A stretch of 64,000 nucleotides of DNA, taken from positions 3,212 through 67,211 of the forward strand of contig JABDGY010000001.1 of the NCBI GenBank assembly GCA_013285805.1, in the 5' to 3' direction. This DNA is from Bacteroidota bacterium. Lineage in GTDB: Bacteria > Bacteroidota > Bacteroidia > JABEUT01. Below the pieces are notes generated by a model, which was not told where the DNA came from, ran no database searches, and saw only the letters and a program-made list of their open reading frames with translations. Positions 1 through 9,284 of the stretch are shown here, piece by piece. Position 1 is the stretch's first letter, and every line of letters starts with the position of its first letter. A program made the position numbers and the translations under genes.

Positions 1-788
1 CCATCATACACCCAACCGTTCATCATCTTCCATACATTAATGGTCTCTGCATCGCCGGCTTCCCATTTTCTTAGCATTTCCCTTGCTTCATCCATCAAAT
101 CCGTTTTGTTCTCTGCCTCTTCTTCCAATATGCCCTTTGCCACCAACTTCTTTGCCTCTTCCTTCATTTTTTTATCAAACAGCACATAATACTTACCTAC
201 CAGATGGTCACCTTTCATGCCTGAACTTTCAGGAGTTTCTCCGCCACCCCATTTTTGCCATGCGAGCATACTTTTACATATATGTATGCCACGGTCGTTA
301 ATAAGGTTTACCTTAATTACATTATTTCCGACTGCTTCAACTATACGAGCCACAGAAAAACCAATAAGGTTATTGCGAATATGTCCAAGGTGTAATGGCT
401 TATTTGTATTCGGGCAGGAATACTCAATCATTATGGAAGGAGCATCGGCAGCAGGTTTTGCCAGCCCATAATCGTTCTTATTGAAAATGGACTTGAGAAA
501 TTCGAGCCAATACAATTTACTGATGCTCAAATTGAGGAATCCTTTTATAACATTATAATCATCTACTATTGGCAATTCACTCTTCAGAAACTCCCCTATC
601 TCCTTACCCGTTACCTCAGGGTTCTTTTTAGATAACTGCGTAAACGCGAAAACAGTTATCGTAAAATCGCCTTCAAATTCCTTACGTGTTGGCTGAATGG
701 TAATATTTACACTCTCTGTCTGTGCATTATATAATGAAGCAAGTGCTTTCTTCGTTGCTTCTGAAATCAGGTTTTCTATACTCTTCAT
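1..788 (-). CDS. argS: arginine--tRNA ligase, N-terminal ~262 codons (rest lies beyond the left window edge)
   Basis: The reverse strand from CAT at 786-788 reads MKSIENLISEATKKALASLYNAQ... It contains the class I HIGH region CPNTNKPLHLGHIRNNLIGFSVARI, typical of ArgRS. It is open to the window edge, so it is absent from the ORF track. Confidence 0.85.
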   Translation of the reverse strand, partial: MKSIENLISEATKKALASLYNAQTESVNITIQPTRKEFEGDFTITVFAFTQLSKKNPEVTGKEIGEFLKSELPIVDDYNVIKGFLNLSISKLYWLEFLKSIFNKNDYGLAKPAADAPSIMIEYSCPNTNKPLHLGHIRNNLIGFSVARIVEAVGNNVIKVNLINDRGIHICKSMLAWQKWGGGETPESSGMKGDHLVGKYYVLFDKKMKEEAKKLVAKGILEEEAENKTDLMDEAREMLRKWEAGDAETINVWKMMNGWVYD

Positions 789-791
789 ATT

Positions 792-1202
792 CTATTTTAC
801 ATTTACTACCCAATTCAATTGTTCCAATTGAATATAAGAAAAATAATACCGTTCAATTAAGGCATCTTCGGGCTCGGCTGAAGATGCAAGTTTCTCTTTA
901 TCATACACGAGTAGCATTAACATGTTATTCTTCACGCACCTGTTCCACACATTCTTATTGCGTAGTTCAAGCTCTTTAATACTATTGGTATTACCGGTAT
1001 CAACCTCGCTAATTGGGTTAGCAAACAGAACATCTTTAGTATCCTTAGGAATAGCTAAATCAGGATATGTAAATAAAAGTTGACACATTATATTTCGTTT
1101 TAACTTATTACAGACTTTTATCCCGTTCTCTTTATGGTAGCAACTGAAATTAAGCATTAGTGCTGACGCCAATAAAAGAAAAACATTCTGGTACTTTTTC
1201 AT
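792..1202 (-). CDS. hypothetical lipoprotein
   Basis: N-terminus MKKYQNVFLLLASALMLNFSC looks like a lipobox signal. It overlaps the upstream gene by 4 nt (ATGA) and stops 3 nt before argS, giving an operon-like layout. Confidence 0.5.
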   Translation of the reverse strand: MKKYQNVFLLLASALMLNFSCYHKENGIKVCNKLKRNIMCQLLFTYPDLAIPKDTKDVLFANPISEVDTGNTNSIKELELRNKNVWNRCVKNNMLMLLVYDKEKLASSAEPEDALIERYYFSYIQLEQLNWVVNVK

Positions 1203-2152
1203 ATCGTCCTTGTAATCTGGTTTGCCGCCTTCTGCAATATTTCAAAAGCATTTTCCGCCATTATATTTTCATGATCCAGCGTCGGGTTTATTTCAGCTAT
1301 TTCAAACGACACAATTTTCTTACTATATAATAAGCGTGAAATAAAATTACCTGCTTCCTTTTCTGTAATTCCATTCTTGGCTGGAGTACCCGTACCACGC
1401 GAAATAGAAGGGTCCATACTGTCTACATCAAAAGAAATGTGAATGATATCGCATTTGTCAAGGTGGTTTAACACCTCTACACCGGCGCGTTCAACCCCCT
1501 TGGCACGTATTTCCGATACCGGGTAAATGCGCATTCCATGTTTCTTTATCAGGAAGTTCTCCTGAGCCTCTGTATCGCGAAGTCCAACAAATACTATATC
1601 CGATGGAAGCAGTTTGGGCCTTATTCCGCCCATGTTTTTAAGCTTCTCCCACCATTGTATCGTCTCCTCATCGGGGTTATTCACTTTGTTTTCCAGGTTA
1701 TCATCGTCAATAGCCGCTGCTAAAGGCATGCCATGCATATTACCTGAAGGAGTTGTATACGGCGAGTGCAAATCGGCATGAGCGTCAATCCATATTAAGC
1801 CAAGGCGCTTATCGGGGCAAGCCATCTTAATACCTGCAAGGGTTCCGTAGGCGGCGCTGTGGTCGCCAAGCAATACAATGGGGAACATATTGGGCGCCTC
1901 CACTGCTTTTTTAACCTCCATAGCCAAACGCTCATTAACGGTGTACACCCCTTTTATGCGTTTTGCGAATTCATTTTTAATAGGGTCAAGAAGCAGCCTG
2001 TTCTCTACGGGCACTTTTACCGACTTATTCCTTTTAAAAAAATAGCTGCCGAAATCAAGGGCTGCAATTTTTATCGCGTCAATACCCATGCTGGCTCCGC
2101 GGGTGCCTGCCCCAATCTCCGACTTTACTTCTATAATCTTTATCGCTTTCAT
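1199..2152 (-). CDS. arginase-family ureohydrolase (arginase or agmatinase)
   Basis: Mn-binding motifs of the arginase fold are present: LGDHS, DAHADLHSP and SFDVDSMDP. It lies next to an arginine decarboxylase-like gene and near rocD. Confidence 0.8.
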   Translation of the reverse strand: MKAIKIIEVKSEIGAGTRGASMGIDAIKIAALDFGSYFFKRNKSVKVPVENRLLLDPIKNEFAKRIKGVYTVNERLAMEVKKAVEAPNMFPIVLLGDHSAAYGTLAGIKMACPDKRLGLIWIDAHADLHSPYTTPSGNMHGMPLAAAIDDDNLENKVNNPDEETIQWWEKLKNMGGIRPKLLPSDIVFVGLRDTEAQENFLIKKHGMRIYPVSEIRAKGVERAGVEVLNHLDKCDIIHISFDVDSMDPSISRGTGTPAKNGITEKEAGNFISRLLYSKKIVSFEIAEINPTLDHENIMAENAFEILQKAANQITRTI

Positions 2153-2200
2153 AATATCCGTATCACTTACATTGATGTATTTTTGTAAAAGTAGTTTACT

Positions 2201-2208
2201 TACATTTG
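2201..2208 (+). promoter_or_regulatory. Bacteroidota -7 box candidate (TACATTTG) for the decarboxylase gene
   Basis: Matches TAnnTTTG 30 nt upstream of the ATG at 2238. A TTTG lies at 2182-2185, but the spacing is shorter than I recall for the consensus. Confidence 0.3.
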
Positions 2209-2237
2209 TACTTTATTTATAAACTGAGCAACTTACT

Positions 2238-3635
2238 ATGGAAAACACCTATTCCGACCTTATTAAGCAAACCTTCAATTTCCCTCAGGAAGGTTTTCGT
2301 ATTGAAGACAACGAATTGTACTTCCACGACATTAACCTGATGTCTATTATCAAGCAATATAAAACACCTCTTAAACTCACTTATCTTCCAAAAATAAGCT
2401 CGCAAATACAAAAAGCAAAGAAACTATTTAATGTAGCTATGGCAAAAGCCGACTACAAGGGCAAATATACGTATTGTTACTGCACAAAAAGCTCACATTT
2501 CTCATTTGTAACCGACGAGGTGCTCAAAAATGAAGATGTGCATATTGAAACCTCATCGGCCTTCGATATACCTATTGTAAAGGAATTATATAAGGAAGGG
2601 AAAATAACCAAAGAGACCTATATAATCTGCAATGGTTTTAAACGCCCTACCTACAAACAATATATTACCGAGCTTATTAACCAGGGCTTTAATATTATAC
2701 CGGTACTGGATAATAAGGAAGAAATTGACCATTATAACCGCTACGCCCGTAAGAAGTTTCAAATAGGTATTCGTATTGCCGCTGAAGAAGAACCAACGTT
2801 CGAGTTTTATACCTCGCGCCTGGGTATTCGATACAGAGATATAGTAGATTTCTATAAAGAAAAAATTCATAAGAACCCTAAGGTGCAGCTTAAGATGCTC
2901 CACTTCTTTATTAATACCGGTATTCGCGATGCTATATATTACTGGACCGAGCTTGCCAAGTGCTTAAAGGTTTACTATCAGCTTAAAAAAATATGCCCTT
3001 CGCTCGATTCACTTAATATCGGTGGAGGTTTACCTATTCGTAATTCACTTGGTTTTGAATTCGACTATGAATACCTTATTGAAGAGGTAATTTCACAAAT
3101 CAAGAGCTTCTGCGTACAGAACGAAATTCCTGAACCTAATATTTTCACTGAGTTTGGTTCGTTTACCGTAGGTGAAAGTGGTGCGGCTATCTATTCAGTA
3201 TTAGATAAAAAATGGCAGAACGATCGTGAGCTATGGTATATGATTGACAGTTCATTCATTACCACGCTGCCCGACACATGGGGAATAAACCAGCGGTTTA
3301 TAATGCTGGGTATTAACCACTGGGACCATGAATACCAGCGAGTCAGCCTGGGAGGGCTTACCTGCGACAGCCTTGATTACTATAATTCAGAACTACACTC
3401 AAACGAAGTATACCTGCCTAAGTTTAATTATAAGGAAGACGAGCCTTTGTATATAGGCTTCTTCCATACAGGCGCTTACCAGGAATCGTTGGGTGGTTAT
3501 GGTGGAATACAGCACTGCCTTATTCCTGCGCCTAAGCATGTTATAATAGATAAAACTGAAGACGGCGAAATAACTACCCGCCTGTTTGCCAAAGAACAGA
3601 GCTATAAGAGTATGTTAAAAGTTCTCGGGTATTAA
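2238..3635 (+). CDS. speA: arginine decarboxylase-like, type III PLP-dependent (Orn/DAP/Arg decarboxylase fold)
   Basis: 465 aa. It has a GGGLPI glycine loop and a GGLTCDSLD active-site Cys region. It is transcribed divergently from the arginase-family gene. Confidence 0.72.
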   Translation: MENTYSDLIKQTFNFPQEGFRIEDNELYFHDINLMSIIKQYKTPLKLTYLPKISSQIQKAKKLFNVAMAKADYKGKYTYCYCTKSSHFSFVTDEVLKNEDVHIETSSAFDIPIVKELYKEGKITKETYIICNGFKRPTYKQYITELINQGFNIIPVLDNKEEIDHYNRYARKKFQIGIRIAAEEEPTFEFYTSRLGIRYRDIVDFYKEKIHKNPKVQLKMLHFFINTGIRDAIYYWTELAKCLKVYYQLKKICPSLDSLNIGGGLPIRNSLGFEFDYEYLIEEVISQIKSFCVQNEIPEPNIFTEFGSFTVGESGAAIYSVLDKKWQNDRELWYMIDSSFITTLPDTWGINQRFIMLGINHWDHEYQRVSLGGLTCDSLDYYNSELHSNEVYLPKFNYKEDEPLYIGFFHTGAYQESLGGYGGIQHCLIPAPKHVIIDKTEDGEITTRLFAKEQSYKSMLKVLGY

Positions 3636-3645
3636 ACATAATTAT

Positions 3646-3676
3646 AGAGTAACAGGTATCTTATACCTGTTACTCT
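3646..3676. terminator. perfect 14-bp stem / 3-nt loop hairpin after the decarboxylase gene
   Basis: AGAGTAACAGGTAT-CTT-ATACCTGTTACTCT lies 11 nt after the stop codon. There is no clear T tract, so terminator function is uncertain. Confidence 0.45.
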
Positions 3677-3771
3677 AATTCCCACCTATTCCTAATACGC
3701 GTTTATCGAATATTAAGTGCCGCATTTAGCCTTTTCAGGAACTTTATGGCATAATATTTAATAATAATGCC

Positions 3772-4005
3772 ATGAAACTTTTTCACTATACATTGGAAGA
3801 CGAGGACTTCAAGCAATATGAAGGGGAAGTAAATGCAGTACCGGAAGGCTATATAGAATATGAGGCAACTATGGGTGGAGGGATGTTGTTCTATAAAATT
3901 GAGGACAAAAAAGTAACAGATATAATAAGCCAATCATTGACAGAAGAAGCATCGAGGAGAAGAGTTGATGATTTTATTTCGGCCTTAAACGTCAATTTAT
4001 TCTAA
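3772..4005 (+). CDS. small acidic hypothetical protein (77 aa)
   Basis: The composition looks more protein-like than the overlapping antisense ORF 3703..3933. No recognisable motif. Confidence 0.35.
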   Translation: MKLFHYTLEDEDFKQYEGEVNAVPEGYIEYEATMGGGMLFYKIEDKKVTDIISQSLTEEASRRRVDDFISALNVNLF

Positions 4006-4029
4006 CCGTGGCATAATGCAACGCGACTT

Positions 4030-4671
4030 CTAATGGCACCTTACATATTGGGTAGGGTCTTCCTTGTCTTTTCCGTGAAATATTGAAAACTCAAGCAAAT
4101 ATTGCCCGTTTGCTTTCATAGGCACCCCTATTTTATCGCCCTCTTTTAAATCATCGCCCATTTTTACCGATACATGGTCGAGGTTCGAGTAACTGGTAAA
4201 ATACTTACCATGCTTAACCACTACCAGCAGAATATGATGCATGGTATCCTGCGAAACTCCTATTACCACCCCGGGTATAGCGCAAGTAATAACACTGTCA
4301 GGAGATGATATATCCAATACATATGAAGGGTCTGCTAAGGAAGGGGCTTGCTGGTTAAACTGTTTACCGACCTTACCCTGCTTGCAGGGACAATCCCAAT
4401 CCGATGTCATAAAACTGTCGTTCGATATTTTCCTGTCACAGATATCTATCTGGGCTTTAGCATAATTATCGCCGGGGCGGGCTTTAAGCGCCTGTTTATA
4501 AAATCGTTTAGCCGTAAGGTAATCTTTGCTCCCTGCCGCAAGGTCGGCTTTAGAAAGTGCTGCTTGATAGCTAACGGGTTGTTGTTTAGGCCTTATCGTT
4601 GAATCGCTTTGCCCTACACACAACACACTGAAAAATAACAGAAAAATAAAAAATCCTATCTTCATACTCAT
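4030..4671 (-). CDS. secreted protein with a degenerate M23/LytM-like C-terminal domain
   Basis: Signal peptide MSMKIGFFIFLLFFSVLCVGQ. The C-terminus VVVKHGKYFTSYSNLDHVSVKMGDDLKEGDKIGV...LLEFSIFHGKDKEDPTQYV follows the M23 pattern, but the HxH position reads LEFSIF. Confidence 0.45.
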   Translation of the reverse strand: MSMKIGFFIFLLFFSVLCVGQSDSTIRPKQQPVSYQAALSKADLAAGSKDYLTAKRFYKQALKARPGDNYAKAQIDICDRKISNDSFMTSDWDCPCKQGKVGKQFNQQAPSLADPSYVLDISSPDSVITCAIPGVVIGVSQDTMHHILLVVVKHGKYFTSYSNLDHVSVKMGDDLKEGDKIGVPMKANGQYLLEFSIFHGKDKEDPTQYVRCH

Positions 4672-4763
4672 GTTCTCTATACGAAGGTGATAAAAAAAAG
4701 TTATATCCCTTTAATATCTTTTCATAAGTTGGTGCATTCTGAATAAAACACAATATTAGTTAT

Positions 4764-5342
4764 ATGAAAAACGTACAGGGCAAATTATTTTGTACCGAAC
4801 TGATTACAGCATCATTTTTTTTGCTTTCATTTTTCTTTCTGCCAATTCAATCTGCTCATTGCCAACCCACTCCATTAAACAAGTTAGATTCTGCAGGTAA
4901 GAAAGACGGCTACTGGATACGTTACTATAATAAGCAATGGAAAGTGGTGGATGACAGTAGTGAGGCATACTATTACTATTACACTTATTTCGACCATGGC
5001 AACAAAACCCAAACCACAGCCAAATGGGGCACCAAGGGAGGCAAACTTGAAGATTCTACTGCGGGTAACCAGCGGATGGGGAAAATAAAACTCCTCGATG
5101 GAAAATATACCTGGTATGATAACAAAGGCAGGGTATTTGCCGCCTTTTATTTCGATAAAGGAGAACCTGTTTCATGGAAGCAGTTTTATCCATCAGGAAA
5201 ACTCTACATGCACTTCGACTATACTATAAAATACGACGGCAAACCACACAGTTACCATATATACGTTTATGATAAAAACGGCAATCTGTTGCTTGATAAA
5301 CCCGAATGCAAGTACCTTAACGGTAAGTGGCCGGTGGAGTAA
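4764..5342 (+). CDS. hypothetical secreted protein (possible MORN/YwqK-like repeats)
   Basis: Hydrophobic N-terminus. Repeated G-x-W/Y-x-x-Y motifs are present (DGYWIRYYN, GKYTWYDNKGRV). Confidence 0.45.
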   Translation: MKNVQGKLFCTELITASFFLLSFFFLPIQSAHCQPTPLNKLDSAGKKDGYWIRYYNKQWKVVDDSSEAYYYYYTYFDHGNKTQTTAKWGTKGGKLEDSTAGNQRMGKIKLLDGKYTWYDNKGRVFAAFYFDKGEPVSWKQFYPSGKLYMHFDYTIKYDGKPHSYHIYVYDKNGNLLLDKPECKYLNGKWPVE

Positions 5343-5375
5343 TTAATCCTACCCGAAGGGAAACACCAATGAAAT

Positions 5376-6611
5376 TTATTTATCCAATCCCTCTATAGTC
5401 CGCCTGATTATATCAGCCGCCTCCAAAATCTGTTCTTTGTTGATGATAAGCGGAGGAGCGAAACGGATAATATGGTCGTGGGTAGGCTTGGCAAGCAGGC
5501 CGTTATCACGCAACGCAAGGCACACATCCCATGCCGTTTTCCCATTCATGGGCTTAATAACAATAGCGTTCAATAATCCTTTACCACGCACCACTTCTAC
5601 TCTGTCCGACTTAATTTTCTTCAGCTCGGCACGGAAAATTTCACCCATGGCCGCGGCATTTTCAGAAAGTTTCTCATCGTGTACCACTTCAAGGGCTGCA
5701 ATTGCAACGCGGGCGGCAATAGGGTTACCACCAAAGGTAGAGCCATGTTCGCCGGGTTTAATGCAAAGCATAATTTCATCGTCGGCCAGCACAACCGATA
5801 TAGGATAGGTGCCACCTGACAATGCTTTACCAAGTATAAGTATATCGGGTTTCACATTCTCATGGTTCACAGCCAGCAACCTGCCGGTACGCGAAATGCC
5901 GGTCTGTACCTCATCGGCTATAAATAACACATTAGCTTTTTTGCAAAGTTGAGCCGCAGCAGATAAGTAACCTTCATCGGGTACAATAACACCTGCCTCG
6001 CCCTGTATAGGCTCTACTAAAAAGCCTGCCACGTTTTTATCTTCCAGCGCTTTCTTTAAAGCTTCAATATTATTGTAAGGTATTAATTCAAAGCCCGGTG
6101 TATAAGGCCCATATTCATTGTGCCCGTCGGGGTCGTTGCTGAACGATATAATGGTAGTAGTACGTCCATGGAAGTTACCTTCGCATACAATTATCTTAGC
6201 ATTGTTTTCAGCTATTCCTTTCTTTTGGTATGCCCATTTGCGGCAGAGTTTTATGGCGGTTTCAACCGCCTCTGCGCCCGTATTCATAGGCAATACCTTA
6301 TCAAAGCCAAAATATTCGGTTATAGCCTTTTCATATATACCAAGAGAGTCATTATAAAAAGCACGCGAGGTAAGCGTAAGCTTACGCGCCTGGGTTATCA
6401 TGGCATTCACAATCTTCGGGTGGCAGTGACCCTGGTTAACGGCAGAATAAGCCGATAGGAAGTCGAAATACTGCTTGCCGTCAACATCCCATACATATAC
6501 GCCTTCTCCACGTTCCAGCACTACCGGCAGCGGGTGATAGTTGTGGGCGCCATATTTGCCTTCTAATTCAATTAAGTGAGCAGCTTTCTTTCCAGCAATC
6601 ATAGTTTTCAT
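5376..6611 (-). CDS. rocD: ornithine--oxo-acid aminotransferase
   Basis: 411 aa class III aminotransferase. The N-terminus [52 protein letters not shown] is characteristic of OAT. Confidence 0.88.
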   Translation of the reverse strand: MKTMIAGKKAAHLIELEGKYGAHNYHPLPVVLERGEGVYVWDVDGKQYFDFLSAYSAVNQGHCHPKIVNAMITQARKLTLTSRAFYNDSLGIYEKAITEYFGFDKVLPMNTGAEAVETAIKLCRKWAYQKKGIAENNAKIIVCEGNFHGRTTTIISFSNDPDGHNEYGPYTPGFELIPYNNIEALKKALEDKNVAGFLVEPIQGEAGVIVPDEGYLSAAAQLCKKANVLFIADEVQTGISRTGRLLAVNHENVKPDILILGKALSGGTYPISVVLADDEIMLCIKPGEHGSTFGGNPIAARVAIAALEVVHDEKLSENAAAMGEIFRAELKKIKSDRVEVVRGKGLLNAIVIKPMNGKTAWDVCLALRDNGLLAKPTHDHIIRFAPPLIINKEQILEAADIIRRTIEGLDK

Positions 6612-6724
6612 AACGTTTACTTTTTGCCTTCACAGTTTATTTCCCTCTCCTAAAGGAGATGGCCAGGGTGAGGTCGCAATTTATTAGGCAAATTTAAGAA
6701 TAATAACCCGATATTTGCACCCCT

Positions 6725-8128
6725 ATGGCAAACGAGGTAGCAGAGAACGTAGAAGCAGTAGATATAGGCGACGCGGGCCGTGCGGTAATCCGCCATAACG
6801 GCAAGGTTATATTTGTTAAGGGACTTGTGCCCGGCGATATAGCTGATATTGAGATATACAAAAGCAAAAAGCGCCATGCCGAAGGCAAGCTTATCCGTAT
6901 AAATAAACCCTCCCCCAATAGAATCCCGCCGGTTTGCGGCCATTTTGGCAGTTGCGGTGGCTGTAGTTGGCAAACCCTCGACTATAAAGCCCAACTCGCG
7001 CTTAAACAGAAGCAGGTTGAAGAAGCTATTAAGCGTATTGGTGGTGTGACAGTAGAGCAGACACTGCCCATAATGGGTTCAGAGAATTTATATCATTATC
7101 GCAATAAGCTGGAGTTTACTTTTTCAAACAAACGCTGGCTGCCTTATGAGGAAATGAACGAGGCCAACTTTAACCAACCAGGGTTAGGTTTTCACGTTCC
7201 CAGGTTATTCGATAAGGTAATAGATTTAAAAGAGTGCCACCTGCAGCCCGACCCTTCGAATGCTATACGTATGGCTGTGCGCGAGTTTGCAATAAAAGAA
7301 AATATGCCCTTCTTCGATTTACGCTGGCAACAGGGTTTTTTACGTAATCTAATGGTGCGTAACACCACTACAGGGGAACTTATGGTGGTATTTGTATTTT
7401 TTGAAGATAATAAGGGAATGCAGGAAAAGATAATGAACCATATAGCTGAAAAGTTTCCGCAGATAACTTCCCTACTTTATATAATTAACCCCAAGAAAAA
7501 CGACAGTTTCAGCGATTTAACGGCTGAATTATATAAAGGTAATCCCTATATAACTGAGGAATTGAAATTACGCAATGGCAAAGCTTTGCAATTCAGAATT
7601 TCGCCCCAATCTTTTTTCCAGACCAATACTGCACAGGCAAACGCCCTTTATAGCAAGGTGAGCGAATTTGCAGCCTTGAAAGGAGATGAAATTGTATTTG
7701 ACCTATATACCGGTTGCGGCACCATTGCCAGCTATGTGGCAAGCGAGGCCAGGCATGTAACAGGTATTGAATATATAGACCAGGCTGTGATTGATGCCAA
7801 ACTGAATGCAGGGTTAAACAACATTACCAATGTCGACTTTCATGCCGGCGATATGAAAGACCTGCTTACCGAAGAATTTTGCAGGCACCATGGAATACCG
7901 CAGGTAGTTATAACCGACCCACCCCGCGGCGGCATGCACCCCGAAGTGATAGAAGCCCTGCTTAAAATAGCCCCTGAAAAGATTGTATATGTTAGCTGCA
8001 ACCCCGCCACACAGGCAAGGGATATATCGTTAATGGCAGAAAAGTATGCTGTAAAGGTTATGCAGCCGGTAGATATGTTCCCGCACACATCGCATGTAGA
8101 GAATGTGGCGCTGCTGGTGAAAAAGTAA
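6725..8128 (+). CDS. rlmD: 23S rRNA (uracil-5-)-methyltransferase, RumA/RlmD family
   Basis: It has a TRAM-like N-terminus, a Cys cluster (CGHFGSCGGCSWQ), the SAM motif DLYTGCGT and the catalytic VYVSCNPAT. Confidence 0.85.
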   Translation: MANEVAENVEAVDIGDAGRAVIRHNGKVIFVKGLVPGDIADIEIYKSKKRHAEGKLIRINKPSPNRIPPVCGHFGSCGGCSWQTLDYKAQLALKQKQVEEAIKRIGGVTVEQTLPIMGSENLYHYRNKLEFTFSNKRWLPYEEMNEANFNQPGLGFHVPRLFDKVIDLKECHLQPDPSNAIRMAVREFAIKENMPFFDLRWQQGFLRNLMVRNTTTGELMVVFVFFEDNKGMQEKIMNHIAEKFPQITSLLYIINPKKNDSFSDLTAELYKGNPYITEELKLRNGKALQFRISPQSFFQTNTAQANALYSKVSEFAALKGDEIVFDLYTGCGTIASYVASEARHVTGIEYIDQAVIDAKLNAGLNNITNVDFHAGDMKDLLTEEFCRHHGIPQVVITDPPRGGMHPEVIEALLKIAPEKIVYVSCNPATQARDISLMAEKYAVKVMQPVDMFPHTSHVENVALLVKK

Positions 8129-8151
8129 CTTTTACCTATATTTGGGTTAAG

Positions 8152-8751
8152 ATGAACCGCTTACTCAAACTAATACTACCCATTTCCTTACTGTTTGCAT
8201 TATTTAACAATGCAAAGGCACAGCAGGTTACTAAAAAGGATTATTATGAGTTTTATAATTCGATTATTTCTATTGATTCTTCAGGAAAAGATATTTTAAT
8301 AAAAGAAGCGGATTACTATAACTTGAAGCGGCTTCTATCTACCGATAGCACTAATATAGAGGCTGTTTTAGATCGTCGGATTTGGAATATACACACGGAC
8401 CCTATCTTTAGCAAAGAGGATATTGAAACAATGAAAAAGCAACTACTTAGAGACTCTAACTTTAAATGGTCAGAAAGAAAGCTAAAGAAGAAAGTTAGAG
8501 TTCTTGATGCTGTTGTTTTGGTTAATGATATAAATATCAATTCAGATTCAGGATGGAGTTCATTTAGAAGAAAATATGGAATAGGTTTTTCTACTTTTTC
8601 CATCCCACTATTTTCCAAGTATAAATCAATCTGTGTAATATACCAGAGTGAACGTTGTGGCTCAGCATGCGGAAGCGGCGGGTTTTCTATTTACAAGAAA
8701 CAGAAAGGTAAATGGGTATTTTACAGGTATTATGAAATGTGGATTAGCTAA
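8152..8751 (+). CDS. hypothetical secreted protein
   Basis: Signal peptide MNRLLKLILPISLLFALFNNAKAQ. No recognised domain. Confidence 0.5.
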   Translation: MNRLLKLILPISLLFALFNNAKAQQVTKKDYYEFYNSIISIDSSGKDILIKEADYYNLKRLLSTDSTNIEAVLDRRIWNIHTDPIFSKEDIETMKKQLLRDSNFKWSERKLKKKVRVLDAVVLVNDININSDSGWSSFRRKYGIGFSTFSIPLFSKYKSICVIYQSERCGSACGSGGFSIYKKQKGKWVFYRYYEMWIS

Positions 8752-8756
8752 ACAAA

Positions 8757-8884
8757 AAAACCCAACCTTACGGGGCTGGGTTTTAATCTTATCTGGAAAT
8801 CTTACGGAACTTCCTCCAACCTTACAGGGTTGGTTTCGAGGTTTTGAAGCCTTACGGGGCTTCGTCTAACCTTACGGGGTTAGA
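8757..8884 (+). repeat. array of five tandem hairpins sharing a CCTTACGGG apex
   Basis: Hairpins lie at 8757-8784, 8795-8814, 8816-8833, 8846-8863 and 8865-8884. The stems differ but stay complementary, and the loops are TACG in four and TACA in one. The first is flanked by A7 and T4 runs, like a bidirectional terminator. Confidence 0.6.
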
Positions 8885-8996
8885 TGATTTTCTTTTTCTA
8901 ATTACTCCTATTATGAAAGAACGTTTTATGAGAACAAAGTAAAGGCGTTTTTAACCCGGAATCTATGAGCGTGGTCAGCGCCTTGTATGATTAATG

Positions 8997-9284
8997 TCAC
9001 ATTTCAATAACCTCGTCGGAAATCACTTCTTCTATGGTTAATCCATTTACAACATCCTCCGCATCGGGCATGCACATCCAGATAGTTGTTTCTGCGTCAT
9101 CCTTTTGCTCTTTAGATGCAACTACACCGGTAAGATGAATAGTATTATTCTTTATTTCAATATTCACATCGCAGCCGGCTATGTGTGCAAATTTGCTGAG
9201 GGCCTCTTTAAGCTTGGCTTCTTCCCTTATATTGAAGTCGGCTTCTAATGCCTTTATCGATTGGTCGCCCGGATTTGTATTCAT
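8997..9284 (-). CDS. BON-domain-like small protein (95 aa)
   Basis: The segment DVNIEIKNNTIHLTGVVASKEQKDDAE...VVNGLTIEE follows the BON pattern (i.v.v.nG.v.LtG.v.s..ek..ae...V.n.l.v). Confidence 0.5.
   Translation of the reverse strand: MNTNPGDQSIKALEADFNIREEAKLKEALSKFAHIAGCDVNIEIKNNTIHLTGVVASKEQKDDAETTIWMCMPDAEDVVNGLTIEEVISDEVIEM

Noticed and set aside
83-471. Plus-strand ORFs 83..301 and 217..471 at the left edge.
   Set aside because: The opposite strand encodes a clear ArgRS N-terminus with the HIGH motif. The plus-strand ORFs are antisense shadows.
3703-3933. 76-aa minus-strand ORF overlapping 3772..4005.
   Set aside because: Its composition is highly hydrophobic and aromatic, typical of the antisense of an AT-rich gene. 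The plus-strand ORF looks more protein-like, though it is itself of low confidence.
8648-8869. 73-aa plus-strand ORF running out of the 8152..8751 gene into the hairpin array (…PTLRGWVLIL…LQGWFRGFEALRGF).
   Set aside because: Its periodic 'LRG/LQG' peptide is just the translation of the repeated CCTTACGGG hairpin apexes. It overlaps a better gene in another frame.
8757-8884. Possible CRISPR array, given the regularly spaced repeats.
   Set aside because: The conserved part is only about 9 nt and the units are 20-34 nt apart. There are no unique spacers of CRISPR size, and no cas genes are in the window.
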